Below, in pieces: positions 26,052 to 38,956 of a stretch of DNA of 64,000 bases. The DNA comes from Octopus sinensis (taxonomy: Eukaryota). Position 1 is the first letter of the stretch. Each line of letters opens with the position of its first letter. The position numbers and the translations under genes were made by a program. The stretch lies in the NCBI RefSeq assembly GCF_006345805.1, contig NC_042999.1:16678001-16742000 (forward strand), read 5' to 3'. A model generated the notes under the pieces. It was not told the origin of the DNA. It ran no database searches and saw only the letters and a program-made list of their open reading frames with translations.

Positions 26052-26052
<1 letters not shown>
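25894..26052 (+). mobile_element. R4/Dong-like 3' terminal fragment between (AAT)n tracts
   Basis: IRVEKLQKTALLGTTRILRKVLEN* plus a short UTR, then (AAT)n. Confidence 0.8.
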
Positions 26053-26085
<33 letters not shown>

Positions 26086-26740
26086 TAATAATAATAATTA
26101 TTATTATTATTATTATTATGTGACATTGAAATGTTGGCGAATACTTGACATTCATAGACAGTAATGAGTGTTATATATGTGTTGTCCATGTACAGCAGAC
26201 AGAGGCTCGCATTTGTCCATTTCATGTTTTGAGGCGTCAATCAATAAGTGGTGGACGCTGCTGACTCTTTAAACTTGAAAACATGCAACAGTTTTAGCTT
26301 TAAAGTACAGAGCTGCGCAAGTCAATTCTGAGTCGCCATACACGCAGCAATTCCATTTCAATAACATTTAAAGTATTACGATTAATATACACGCACGTAC
26401 ACGCTCGTATATAAGTACGAATACGAGTCGGTCTTAATAGTTTAGTGCAATTTAAGGCAATACACTTTGGCATTACACTTAAGGTATTATACTTTGGAAT
26501 TAGATGTTCCAAACTTCCAGATTGCTCGTTCAGTTAAACCAGTTGTATTCATATATATCAAAATTTGTTGCTCCTCCTTTTTCAGTTAAGGATAAAACAT
26601 CCAAAGTACTGTTTATAAAATTACTAGAAATAATAGATTCTACAATGTATGAAGTCCTTCATTCACTGAATCTCTTTAATGCTTACGCATCAAGTGGATA
26701 AACACTTCATCACCTTAATATATATAAGTTGAATAATGAT

Positions 26741-27080
26741 GGCACTTCGTCGGTTACGACGACGAGTGTTCCAGTTGATCCATTCAACGGAACAGCCTGC
26801 TCTAGAAATTAACGTTCAAGTGGCAGAGCACTTCACAGATACGTGTACCCCTAACGTAGTTCTCGGGGGAGATTCAGCGTGACACAGAGTGTGACAAGGT
26901 TACCCCCCCCCCCTTGAACTATAGGTACACACAGAAACAGGAAGAAAGAGTGGGAGAAAGTTCACCACCACCCACTGCCGGAGCCTCGTGGAGCTTTAGG
27001 TGTTTTCGCTTAATAAACACTCACAACACCCGGTCTGGGATTCGAAACCGCGATATTAAGACTGAGCCATTGCGCCTCCA
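26741..27080 (-). mobile_element. SINE family C with an internal deletion
   Basis: Head TGGAGGCGCAATGGCTCAGT and tail GTCGTAACCGACGAAGTGCC on the minus strand. Confidence 0.85.
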
Positions 27081-27575
27081 CTGTAAGCTGAATGTTGAAA
27101 ATAGAATAAATAGAAACATTATTGTTCCGGAATATCTCTCGTCAAAAAAATAAATAATCATCTAAAATTTCGCTAGTTGATTTTAGTCCAAAATTTGCAG
27201 CTGATATATAAGCAGAAATTTGAAATAGAAAAGAGGAACAAACCCATTGTCGTCAATAAAACCGAATATTCATAGTTTGTCGTGATGGATTAGGCCAGAG
27301 AACGCTTGACATTATTTCATTAGAAAGATATATTTAAGTTAAGCTCAAGCTAATTCTGGTGCAGATCATACTAAAATTTCCATTGATACAAAGTCGAATT
27401 AAAGACTGATTTTATAATCTTCCAAATGACTAAGATTATCGAAGTGGCCTAATTAATGTTAAAGTAAAATAATAATGGAAAGAAGATAATGAAATAGTAA
27501 TAATAAAGGTGTAGTCTATGTGTTGAGTTAATTTCGAAATTTTATCGAACCGTTCTATTATTTCTTGGTAGCATA

Positions 27576-27775
27576 AGGCGACGAGCTGGCTGAATCATTT
27601 GCCCGCCGGGCGAAATGCTTAGCGGTATCTCGTTACGTTCTGAGTTCAAATTCCGCCGAGGTCGACTTCGCCTTTCTTCCATTCGGGGTCGATTCAATAA
27701 GAACTAGTTACGCATTGGAGTCGATGTAATCGACTTAATCCCCTCCCTCTAGTTGCCCTTATGGTAAAAATATGT
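27576..27775 (+). mobile_element. SINE family B
   Basis: GGCGACGAGCTGGC head, B-box GAGTTCAAATTCC. Confidence 0.85.
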
Positions 27776-28149
27776 AATCATTATTATTTGATAGCATAAA
27801 AGACACAGGAGGCTATTAGACGCAACTATATTTCAGCAGCGCAATTTTAGGAAAAATTTTTTGACTGCATTGAATCATGCAATATTCAAAATAAGTTCTT
27901 ATCTAGGACCCAGGGTGACATTTTGTGAATATTTTTGGACATGAGGTCTAGCCTAAAAACATCAGGATTATTGCTATGCTGATGGAAATAATGTACGAAG
28001 AATGAAGCTGCTTGTTACAGATTCACCTTGAAACTGGGCTGTGCATGCACGCTGTGTTATAATGTTCTTGCTCTCTTCCGTTTTTTTTTATATAGCTGTG
28101 CTTGATTAGAAGTTAAGTGTGTATACTGTGGTCGTTTCAAAAAGATTGG

Positions 28150-28480
28150 GTTCCAGCTACGCAAGATCTCCTTGACTGTGTCAAGGAAGACGAAGACGTT
28201 TTGGAAACGGTCATAACAGGTAACAAATCGTGCGTCTCTGGCTATGACCCTGAAACCAACCAAGGTTCAGTTTTCTCACTGGAAGACCACACCTAGACAT
28301 CATGACGTCAGGAAAATCCAAGACGATGCTACGAAACAGGAGTCCCAATAATGATTCCATTAATGGAAATGGTGCTGGATAAAGTGTGTGAATTCAGAGG
28401 GGGACTACTTCGAAAGAGATTAAATGGTGAATTGATACATGTACTTTATTTCTAAAGCTTGAGTCCCCATACTTTTTGAT
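28150..28480 (+). mobile_element. Mariner transposase relic, internally deleted
   Basis: QDLLDCVKEDEDVLETVITGNKSCVSGYDPETNQ and C-terminal CVNSEGDYFE. Confidence 0.7.
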
Positions 28481-28537
28481 ACTTCATGAGCACACCTTAT
28501 ATGTTATGAAATAGATAATTAATATTTTGATACCTAC

Positions 28538-29010
28538 GGCGGCGAGTAGGCAGAAACGATAGGACGCCGGGCGAAATGCGTAGCCGTATTTCGTCTGTCG
28601 TTACGTTCTGAGTTCAAATTTCGCTGAGGTCGACTTTGCCTTTCATCCTTTCGGGGTCGATTAAATAAGTACCAGTTACGCACTGGGGTCGATGTAATCG
28701 ACCTAATCCGTTTGTCTGTCCTTGTTTGTCTTTTCTGTGTTTAGCCCCTTGTGGGTAGTAAAGAAATAGGATATTTAATATTTTGATACCTGAAGACGAT
28801 GAGCTGACAGACTCGTTAGCATGCCGGACAAACGTCTTAGCGGCATTTCGTCCGTTTTCACGTTCTGAGTTCAAATTCCGCCGAGGTTGACTTCGACTTT
28901 CATTCTTTAGGTGACGATAAAATAAGTACCAGTTGAGCACTGGGGGCGATGAAATCGATTTAGCCATTCCGAACTCACTGGCCTTATGCCAAAATTTGAA
29001 CCCATATTTT
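28538..29010 (+). mobile_element. Two adjacent SINE family B copies (28538-28770, 28795-29010)
   Basis: Consensus match. Confidence 0.88.
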
Positions 29011-29181
29011 AACGGTTGAATGAATGTATTCAGTCTAGTCCATACACACTATAAATCTCTCAGAAATCTTTCCACAAATCAAGGTATTGACAAGAAAACC
29101 CCAAACAAAACAAACAAGTATAAATGAACAATTATTTAAATAAAAACATAAACAGTAACGAGAATTCAATGATGAAGCTAG

Positions 29182-29410
29182 TATTTAACATATACGAGGG
29201 GATGTTGAAAGGCTCTGGCTGTAAGGGAATCGCGAAGGGCCTGATTGGAGGCTCAAACTTCCGAGTAATTTTGAAGGTCTTAGAAAAACTGAAGGACCGC
29301 TGCATAAGTTTATGAATTTGAGAGGCGAATACCTTGACTAAAATCATAATTAACTGATCCTCCTGTATTTTCATTTACCCAAAGCCAGGAACTTTTGTGT
29401 ACGCCTTCGT
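29182..29410. mobile_element. Mariner-type MITE
   Basis: TA-CGAGGGGATGTTGAAAGGCTCTGGCT .. AGCCAGGAACTTTTGTGTACGCCTTCG-TA; same family at 36318-36662. Confidence 0.7.
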
Positions 29411-29994
29411 ATATATTTACAAAGTAAAAGTTTTTCAAACTGTTTTGTGTACGATAAAATCAAAGGCATATTCATGGAAAGTTGCTTACCGCGAAGAGAG
29501 CAAAGTGTAACCTTTCTATATAATTCATTAACTATATTAGATTGTAAAGTATATAATTTCAGGTTTAAATAGATTTTGATTTTCATCCCCGTATTTCGAA
29601 TTCCGTTAATTTACTAACGGTATTAGTTAAAGGTCAAATCAATTTTGATCTTCGTCTTTATATGGTCACCGAAATATATAACTATGTTAAATTACTAATG
29701 ATATTTGTTCACGGTCAGATATATTTTGAGATTTTACATATTGCCAATAAACTATATTAGTGCACTAATTCTATTTATTCGTGGTTAAATCAATTTTGAT
29801 ATTTTCCATATTGTCAACTAAATGAATGTATGGAAATTGTTTTCCATACATGGAGAATGAATAAGGGCACAAACACACACACACACACAGACTCATACAC
29901 CCTTACACACACTCAAACACAAACATACAACTGCGTACACATATATACGAATGCATTTGTGTACGCACACATACACATGCACACACATGTGTGT

Positions 29995-30560
29995 TTGAGG
30001 ATTTACCCAAAAGTAAACGGAAACGTTCTCTGGGGGCAAGCCAGTTGCAGTTCAGACTTCCAGCGGTAGAAACTACTTGATGCGATCCCCAGGCATCAGG
30101 CCGCCGACTTACCTCATCGAGTAAAGACATACTGCGACATGGTGCGTCATTGTTGTGTAGCGCTTCTCCCCTCTTCGTCAATTTTTACGATGACTGCTAA
30201 GAAGGAACAACGTGCTTCCGTGAAGTTCTGTTTTCTGCTGGAGAAAATGGCGGCTGAAACAGCTGTCATATTTCTAACAGCTTACAAGGACGCTGCCATG
30301 AACAAAGCACAACTTTACGAGTGGTTTTCACAACTTTAGAAATGGTTACTTGTCGCTTGAAGACCAGCCTTGTTCAGTGAGAACATCGAGAGTTTTTGAC
30401 TAAAAATGGCATGCCCTCGCTTATCCACCAGATCTTGCTCCCTGCGATTTTTCTTTGTTTCCTGTGGGGAAAAATTCCTGAAAGAAAAACGTTGAAGTGG
30501 TACAGAAAAAACAACGGAGGCGTTAAAAGATATCACTTTGCAAGAGATCCAGGTTTGCTT
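29995..30560 (+). mobile_element. Internally deleted mariner derivative
   Basis: N-terminal HTH EQRASVKFCFLLEK..YEWF..SLEDQP joined to YPPDLAPCDF. Confidence 0.78.
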
Positions 30561-30602
30561 CAAACAGTAGAAAACGTACTTGGACACATGCATTGCTTCA
30601 AA

Positions 30603-30992
30603 TCGCTATATATATAAAGCTGAAGTCTGTGTATGGCAGGATTGGTAGCCTTCAACAAACATTATCTCTTCCGAGACCCTGCGGCGCAAGGTGACCAAAA
30701 TTGTAAGTATGATAGAAGAAGGCTTGTTCTTCCTTCCGTAGAAGAAAAAATTCAAATCGGACCATGTTAAAACAAAAATTATTTACATCAAAAAGATGCT
30801 TTTTTTTTCTATGAAAATCATAATTTTTTACGATTTTGTGACTGCCTTGTCGCCATTTTTCGGTGTATTTCAACCAGAAAAATGTTCACTTAAAGAGAAT
30901 AACAAGCTACATAATGCAAACTTTTTACTTTTCAAAAATTCCAATTATAAAGAGTCGAAACAAACCCGAACAACACCGGGCGATACTGCAAG
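30603..30992 (+). mobile_element. Non-autonomous Helitron/DINE-like element
   Basis: 5' CTATATATATAAAGCTGAAG; 3' hairpin CCCG-AACAACAC-CGGG followed by CTGCAAGT (CTAG-like). Confidence 0.55.
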
Positions 30993-31601
30993 TGAAGAAC
31001 AGTTTGAAGAAGATAAAAGTCTAAACATGTAAAGAAAACCAAATAAAATATTGCAAAATTCCGGTTTCTTTTGGGTATCTCCTCTTATATTTGCATTTTT
31101 GTTACGTATGCATATTTTACATTAACTCTACATACATTACAAAGTATTACTACTGCGTTTGCGGCAGAAGTTGATCGAAGACTGAAGTAGGGTGATTTTT
31201 GATTGCAGAGAAGGCTGAAAACGTACCCGCAAGAAACTACTAGATGTTCATAATGAAGGAAAATACATTACGCAACTACAGAATATGATGAGGTTATGAA
31301 TAAATAATTAACAGCACTGTCACTTGTTGCCCGGTTTAGCCAACAGGGAATATTATTTACAAGTACAGCTTGGTTAAGGATTTCATAATCTTGAAATTAT
31401 GCAGGCGTTATGAAATATCAACACAACAGAGTTGTTATAAATATACACGGGGAAATGATATTAGTGATTGACGAAAGCGCCATACATCTGGAGATGTGAA
31501 TTCACACAGAATAGATGATCGGGTCTAATCATTGAATGTTCTTTTATTAAGAAGCACAGCAAAAGAAAGTAGCATCTAACTGAAGTATATGTCCCAACGT
31601 G

Positions 31602-31980
31602 GAGGCGCAATGGCCCAGTGGTTAGGGCAGCGGACTCGCGGTCATAGGATCGCGGTTTCGATTCCCAGACCGGGCGTTATGAGTGTTTATTGAGCGAAAA
31701 CACCTAAAGCTCCACGAGGCTCCAGCAGGGGATGGTGGTGATCCCTGCTGTACTCTTTCACCACAACTTTCTCTTACTTCCTGTTTCTGTTGTACCTGTA
31801 TTTCAAAGGGCCGGCCTTGTCACTCTCTGTGTCACGCTGAATATCCCCGAGAACTACGTTAAGGGTACATGTGTCTGTGGAGTGCTCAGCCACTTACACG
31901 TTAATTTCACGAGCAGGCTGTTCCGTTGATTCGAATCAACCGGAACCCTCATCGTCGTAACCGACGGAGTGCTTCCACAT
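31602..31980 (+). mobile_element. SINE family C, full length
   Basis: A-box TGGCCCAGTGG, B-box GGTTTCGATTCC, standard tail. Confidence 0.92.
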
Positions 31981-32153
31981 GTCCCAACGTACGATAAGAT
32001 TTTTTTATAAGAAATTAAGATTTTGTTCAAGTTATAGAATTGGCGATGACTGGACTGTGGAGACTGAGAGTAGAGACGTAGCATATAATAAATATTATCA
32101 GAAAAGATAAATTACATGCAGACATATATTAACACGTATTCAAAGCTCTAGGA

Positions 32154-32572
32154 GAGCAGGAGTGGCTGTGTGGTAAGTAGCTTGCTCACCAACCACATGG
32201 TTCCGGTTTCAGTCCCACTGCGTAGCACCTTGGGCAAGTGTCTTCTACTATAGCCTCGGGCCGACCAATGCCTTGTGAGTGGATTTGGTAGACGGAAACT
32301 GAAAGAAGCCCGTCGTATATATGTACATATATATATGTATATATATATTGCTTATGTGTTTGTGTGTCTGTGTCTGTCCCCCACCAACATCGCTTGACAA
32401 CCGATGATGGTGTGTTTACGCCCCCGTAACTTAGCGGTTTCGCAAAAGAGACAGATAGAATAAATACTAGGCTTACAAAGAAAATATCCTGGGGTCGATT
32501 TGCTCGACTAAAGGCAGTGCTCCAGTATGACCGCTGTCAAATTACTGAAACAGGTAAAAGAGTAAAAGAGTA
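32154..32572 (+). mobile_element. SINE family A, full length
   Basis: Consensus match. Confidence 0.92.
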
Positions 32573-32999
32573 TACTGCGAAATGGAGTTATTTGAAGAAA
32601 ATATAATATTTTGCTTCCTCTTATTGCTTGTTACTAAAGTTTCTTACAGAATTGTTTAAATGTGTTGTTAAAATTTAGTATTATATATCTATGATAGTAT
32701 AATTTCAATACATAAAGTAAAATTTGTAAATATAACTTTGATTATCAACTCAAAGAAAATATCCTGGGGTCGATTTGCTTGAAGTATATATGTGGAAAGA
32801 ATTTGTCAAGTTCTTCAACTACCAGAGAAAAAGAAAAACATTTGAATACTTCTGTCAGTATCTAAAGCACTTCTTGCATAAAAGATACAAACTTTTGTTA
32901 AAATATGATGTCAATATAACTTGTTAATAATATTTTTCTATTGATGTTTTTATAACTTTGGTATCTTTGTAAAAGCTTGTATAACATGACATATATCCC

Positions 33000-33930
33000 C
33001 TTTGATTATCCAGCCCGGCTACTTTGAACATAGTTCCAAGTAACACTGATCATTATTTCCGGCAGTAAGCAAGCCCTCCACCACCCAGTTCCACACATGT
33101 ACTTCAACAACTTTACGTGGCATTCTATGGGTCTTTGAAAAAAAATTGGAGAAAAATCTTAAGTGACTGGAAGGCTTATAACAGGAAGAACTAAAGATGC
33201 CCACACAGCAGCATACTGGTCACTTTCCTGAGAGTGTCACTCACGGCAATAATTTGGAAAGTGGGTTCATGAAATGTGGAATACACCCTTGTCATTCAGA
33301 CAAAGTTTGGGATCAGCTACCAGACCATGACGTGAGCAAAACAGACGATGAAGTCATCAATGTAAGAGTTTCGGATTTTGTGTTGGGAATGCTAAAGTCA
33401 ATGAGAGAAGTAGACGAGAGCAAACCAAAGAAAATACGAAAGAAGTTGAACGTTACCCCTGGCAAAAGTATAATTGTTGAGGACATCAGTGCTTCTGGTA
33501 GGGAATGATGGCCACCAGTTCATCAACGGTTATAGAGAAGCATGGAGAAAGAGAGCAGCAAGAGAATTTGGAACATGAAGAGCTAAACTCTGTGGATAGT
33601 AATGTTTCAATGAATGAATGTGACAGACACTCCAGTATTTCAGACAGGGCAAGAGCAGAAACTACAGAAAGACAAAGTAATTTTGTTGGAAACTTTGTCA
33701 TTGAGAGGTAGGAAGGGCAAATATTTGCCGGTCAAGTGATCTCAACTGGAAGTGATGGAGCACTTGTGTCATCATCGACAAAATGTAGAAAGATAGGGTT
33801 GAGGTGGCCACTGAAGGAGGATAGACTAGTCTACGACTGGAAAGATGTAGAAATGAAAACTAAAGAGATTCCACTGAACAACAGGGATTTCTATCGATTC
33901 CCTGACCTTGAACAAGAATGGGGAATATAA
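33000..33930 (+). mobile_element. pogo/Tigger-like DDE transposase relic (C-terminal half, frameshifted)
   Basis: PPSSTHVLQQLYVAFYGSLKKNWRKILSDWK; NLESGFMKCGIHP; RKKLNVTPGKS; RWPLKEDRLVYDWKDV. Confidence 0.7.
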
Positions 33931-34089
33931 AATGTGACTTAATGATAACTGTGTGACATTTTCGTTAGTGCTATAACACTTAAAGCTGTTCATTGACTTT
34001 TCTTTTGTATTTGTTAAAAAAAAAATCATTTTTGGTCAAAGTGACCTCAAATCAGCGACAATTATATAAAAAAAGTAATCAAATATTTA

Positions 34090-34677
34090 TTTCTTTATTG
34101 CTAACAAGGGGCTAAGCATAGAGGGGACAAACAAAGGGATTAAGTCGGTTGCATCGACCCCAGTGCGTAACTGGTACTTATTTTATCGATTTCGAAAGGA
34201 TGAAAGGTAAAGACGACCTCGGCGAAATTTGAACACAGCACGTAAAACCAGACGCAATACATATTTCTTTACTACCCACAAGGAGCTAAACATAGAGGGG
34301 ACAAACAAGGACAGACAAACGGATAAAGTCGATTACATCGACCCAAATGCGTAACTGGTACTTATTTTATCGATCCCGAAAGGATGAAAGGTAAAGTCGA
34401 CCTCAGCTAAATTTGAACTCAGAACGTAACGGCAGACGAAATACCTATTTCTTTACTACCCACAAGGGGCTAAACACAGAGGGGACAAACAAGGACAGAC
34501 AAACGGATTAAGTCGATTACATCAACCCCAGTGAGTAACTGGTACTTGTTTAATCGACCCCGAAAGGATGAAAGGCAAAGTCGAGCTCGGCGGAATTTGA
34601 ACTCAGAACGTAACGGCAGACGAAAAACCGCTAAGCATTTCACCCGGCGTGCTAACGTTTCTGCCAACTCGCCGCCT
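34090..34677 (-). mobile_element. SINE family B trimer: one head plus three bodies of about 185 bp
   Basis: Junctions near 34262 and 34447 read GAAATAGGTATTTCGTC (minus strand); the distal junction is diverged. Confidence 0.9.
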
Positions 34678-34879
34678 TAAAAGTAATGAAATATTGCCTG
34701 CAACCTTTTATTTCATAAGTAGCCCTATTTCACGGTATAAAAATACTAAATAAAAACGTGCTCAAGGAGTGATGCAGATATATTCTGTGGAAAAATTTTA
34801 ATAAAATAGATAACACAAATTCAAAACAAATCGATACAGATACCCAAGAGGCCAAGAGTTGCCTTTAAAGCATGTAGTC

Positions 34880-35256
34880 GTGCAATGGCCCAATGGTTAC
34901 AGCAGCAGACTCGTGGTCATAGGATCGCGGTTTCGATTCCCAGACCGGTCGTTGTGAGTGTTTATTGAGCGAAAACACCTAAAGCTCCACGCGGTTCCGG
35001 CAGGGGGTGGTGACGAATCCTACTGTACTCTTTCATCACAAATTTCTCTCATTCTTTCTTCCTGTTTCTTTTGTACCTGTATTTCAAAGGGGCAAGACAT
35101 GTCACACTCTGTGTCACGCTGACTCTCCCCGAGGACTACGTTAATGGTACACGTGTCTGTGGAGTGCTCAGCCACTTGAATGCTAATTTCACGAACAGGC
35201 TGTTCCGTTGACCGGATCAACTGGAATCCTCGTCGTCGTAACCGACGGAGTGCCAC
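34880..35256 (+). mobile_element. SINE family C
   Basis: Consensus match. Confidence 0.88.
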
Positions 35257-36317
35257 GAACCTGGCATTGTTGTTGTCTTGCAGATCTTAAAGTCGGTCAG
35301 TAATCAGCGATAATAAAAGATGGTCATAAATCCTAGTGCAACATTGTATTTTGTTAAGAATCTTCCTCAGAATTTCCAGAATATTCTTCATAGTATTAAG
35401 TGTAATTATTGTTGGTGCAACCGCACATTTGCATCTCAGAACGTCATTCGAATGCTGTACTGCTCGGCCACATTCTAAAATTTTGTTCATGACAATTTCC
35501 TCCTTGTAGAATTGCATTCAGTCAGTGGTAGACCGTCATCACTTCGTAAGAGTTGCATTTATTACCTTCACATAAAGTATTTTAGGCAGCAGCAGAAAAA
35601 CTGGAGAAAAATACTCTAACATTGCTGCAAAATGCAATGAGTTGGGGACCGTGGGATATAAATAAATAGCGATTGGAAATTGGGAAGAGAAACGCAAAAT
35701 GATTGATGCGATTCGGTATGCTACGTATCTTCAATGTCAACGGAATGTCCATTGAGGAAAAACATGATTCAAAACAGGTTTTAAAACGTGACATTTTGAC
35801 TAAAGACTAAACGTAGGCGAACAGTTCGCTGATTCTACAAATTTTAAATCATTTATTTTTTGCTCATTTAACTTTTAAAATGGCGAATAAATGATATATT
35901 TTTTTAAAGGAAGATATCTATCTTTTCGTTGTTCCGCAGCGATGTAATATATAGAGTCTTAGTAAAATATGATACATTCCCTAGAACATAGATATAACTT
36001 TAAAACAAAACAGTATTTATTAGAATGACTTCGATATATTGTTTTTATTTTATTTGAATCAATATTTTGATATTCCCACAGGCACAGTTATACATGCAGA
36101 CAGTCTAATACATACACACTCACACAATCACACACGCACAGATACACACTTTCTCTCTCTCACTCTTACAAGCATACACGCACACACGCATACACACACA
36201 TCTAGTTGTACTCTAACCCTTGACAGAGTAGCAGACCTGTCGTCGCGATATGTGGTGTGCTTTGGATTAGACCTCCTAATCACCAAAGAAACTAATATTT
36301 CTGAACTATTCCTTTAT

Positions 36318-36662
36318 GTACGATGGGTGCTGGAGGGTTCCAGGCTTGGGCAAATGCAAATACAAGAGGATCAATTAATTATGATTTTATTCAACATATT
36401 TCTCTCTCAGATTCTCACATACGATGCGTGAATCTGAGCGATGGGTGCTGGAAAGATCCAGGCTTCGGTAAAAGAAAATACAAGAGGATCAGTTAATTAT
36501 GATTTTATTCAACATATTCCCCTCTCAGATCCACACATATTCCCCTTCAGAATTTTCAAGCCGTGCAAAGGAACTTGAAAAGTAGAGTTGAGCCTCCTAA
36601 CAGGCCTTTCGTAATACACTTAAACCCAGGAACTTTTCAGCGCCCACACGTAGTCTTGTCGG
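36318..36662. mobile_element. Mariner-type MITE with a tandemly duplicated left end of about 100 bp
   Basis: CGATGGGTGCTGGA..CTCTCAGAT at 36321 and 36439; TA at both ends; opposite orientation to 29182-29410. Confidence 0.7.
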
Positions 36663-37036
36663 TGAATTGTTAATCTCCTTTCAGAAATGGTTATGTATCA
36701 CTGCAGTTGGCCAATAACTGGAGTGATGACAGACGCAGGCATTAATAGCCACAAAACATTTCATTCAATAGTTAGATGTAATTCCTTCACTTTTCATCTC
36801 ATATTGTTATAATTATTGGTATTGTTATGTTGATCGTAAATACACGATCGGCCATTATGTTACGGAAAATTATGTCAGCTTAATCACATATCATCAAGAC
36901 TGCATATATGTTAAACTTTTAGTACTACTTACACATTTCCGTTTTCTAAAACAGATGGAGATTCATATAATAGACATGCAACTTTTGCTTGAAACAGGTA
37001 AAATTTAGTAGCCAGACGTTTGTATGTCTTTCATTT

Positions 37037-37808
37037 TTTACTTGCTTCAGCCATCTGACTGCGGCCTTGCTGGGGCACTGCTTTGAATGGAATTTAGTCG
37101 AAGTAATCGACTCCAGTAATTTTTTTTTTTAAACATAGTATTTATTTTTTGGTGTCTTTTGCTGAAGCGATACGTGACAAGGACGTAAACACACCAATAC
37201 CAGTGGCGGGGAACAGACAGGCACACACAGACACGACCAGCTTCTTTTATTGCCCGCAAAGGGCTAAACATAGAGGGGACAAACAAGAACGGACAAACGG
37301 ATTAAGTCGATTACATCGACTGCAGTGCGTAACTGGTACTTAATTTACTGACCCCGAAAGGATGAAAGGCAAAGTCAACCTCGGCGGAATTTGAACTCAG
37401 AACGTAACGGTAGACGAAATACCTATTTATTTACTACCCACAAGGGGCTTAACACAGAGAGGACAAACAAGGACAGACAAACGGATTAAGTCGATTACAT
37501 CGACCCCAGTGCGAAACTGGTACTTTATTTATCGACTCCGAAAGGATGAAAGGCAAAGACGACCTCGGCGGGATTTGAACTCAGAACGTAAGGACAGACA
37601 AAATACTACTAAGCATTTCGCCCAGCGTGCTAACGTTTCTGCCAGCTCGCCGCCTTTTTTCTGTTCCCCTTTACTAATTCCCTCCACAAGGCTTTGATCG
37701 ACCCGTGGCTATAGTAGAAGACACTCGCCTAAGGAGCAATACAGTGGGACTGAACCAAGAACCAAGTGTTTAGGATAAAGGCTTCTTAACCACGCAGACA
37801 CGCCTGCG
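37037..37808 (-). mobile_element. SINE family A split by a family B dimer
   Basis: 3' half 37037-37242, 5' half about 37683-37808. Confidence 0.75.
37243..37654 (-). mobile_element. SINE family B dimer (one head, two bodies)
   Basis: Junction near 37425 GACGAAATACCTATTT. Confidence 0.88.
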
Positions 37809-38390
37809 GCTATGTAGAGCAGATATTTTACATTATTATGTCTACAAGTGTAGTTGGATGTCGTTGGTATTTACTAACATAGCGTTGTTAAGTGTCTCAA
37901 GAAATGCTCCACACAGATGGCATTTTTCATGCATATTACGGAATATGTGAATAACCTGTTTTAATATATTAAGTGTTACTTGTCAATATCTGTAGTATAA
38001 AATTTGTTACTTCTGATTTCTCACTGAAGTGCATTCGAATAGGAACACTCTTTGACATTTCCTTAGCACCGACTTAAAAAGCATTTTCTTTTCCGCTATT
38101 GGAAATATCTGTGAATCAGCCATTAGTTAACATCAAAGAAATTATTTTTCTTAAATAAGATAACCACTACAAAAAAAAAAGAGAAATAAATAATATCTAA
38201 AAATTTTATATGGAAAATTCCTCGAAGTTTTTGGCAAAGCAAATGAGATTATGCTACTATCTTATATTATTTACCATTTACCTTTTATCACTCCACCCCT
38301 TGTTTACATCATGGGGCTGCGGTCATGATAGGGCACTGCTTTGAAGGGTTTAGGCCATTTGTTCTTAACCATGGTCGTATGTGGTCCGTG

Positions 38391-38742
38391 GTTATACTTC
38401 GACAATGCAGCTGTGACAGGTTATACAAAGGCGATACATGCGGCCCCCTCAAAATAAGAGTAGACGAATATCGCTAAGCTGTAATACGAGGAGATATTGA
38501 TAAATCGGGTATAGCCGATCATGTATGGGAAAATGGAGACCATCTCCCCCTGTGGGATGAAGTTAAAATAATAGACAGAGAACACCACTGGAAAATATGT
38601 AAACTAAAAGAAGCAGCACATATGTATAGGACACAACAACCTCCTAAGCAGACCGAGTGCAGATATGAATAGCATATGGGGACCGGTATTAAGGAATGAT
38701 AGGAAAATACTAGATTTATTGGCCCTAAAATTCATTCTATAA
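38391..38742 (+). pseudogene. Penelope/Poseidon-type GIY-YIG endonuclease 3' fragment (stop codon plus two frameshifts)
   Basis: QCSCDRLYKGDT..LKIRVDEY..KSGIADHVWE..GDHLPLWDEVKIIDREHHWK..LKEAAH; TAA at 38740-42. Confidence 0.8.
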
Positions 38743-38750
38743 TTGCCCAC

Positions 38751-38817
38751 GGCCATATGACGTAGTGGTTAAGAGCGCGGGGTACCGATTCCGAGTTCGA
38801 TTCCAGGCAGTGACCTG
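38751..38817 (+). promoter_or_regulatory. tRNA-like segment with Pol III A and B boxes (anticodon arm deleted; not a functional tRNA)
   Basis: A-box TGACGTAGTGG 38758-68, B-box GAGTTCGATTCC 38793-804. Confidence 0.65.
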
Positions 38818-38956
38818 AATAATAATAATATTAATATTTTACCCCAGTGTCACTTTGATGGCATGCACTGCTCTCTCACTCAATAATATTAATAATAATA
38901 ATAACAACATCGAAAATTACCTTAGGAATGAGAACCCAGGTTCGAAATTTCCCCAA

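Noticed and set aside
31602-31680. tRNA genes at SINE heads (families A, B, C, CORE-like, and 38751)
   Set aside because: A and B boxes are present but the cloverleaves are incomplete and continue into repeat bodies
34090-34677. CRISPR-like or satellite array
   Set aside because: The units are SINE bodies without unique spacers, and the DNA is eukaryotic
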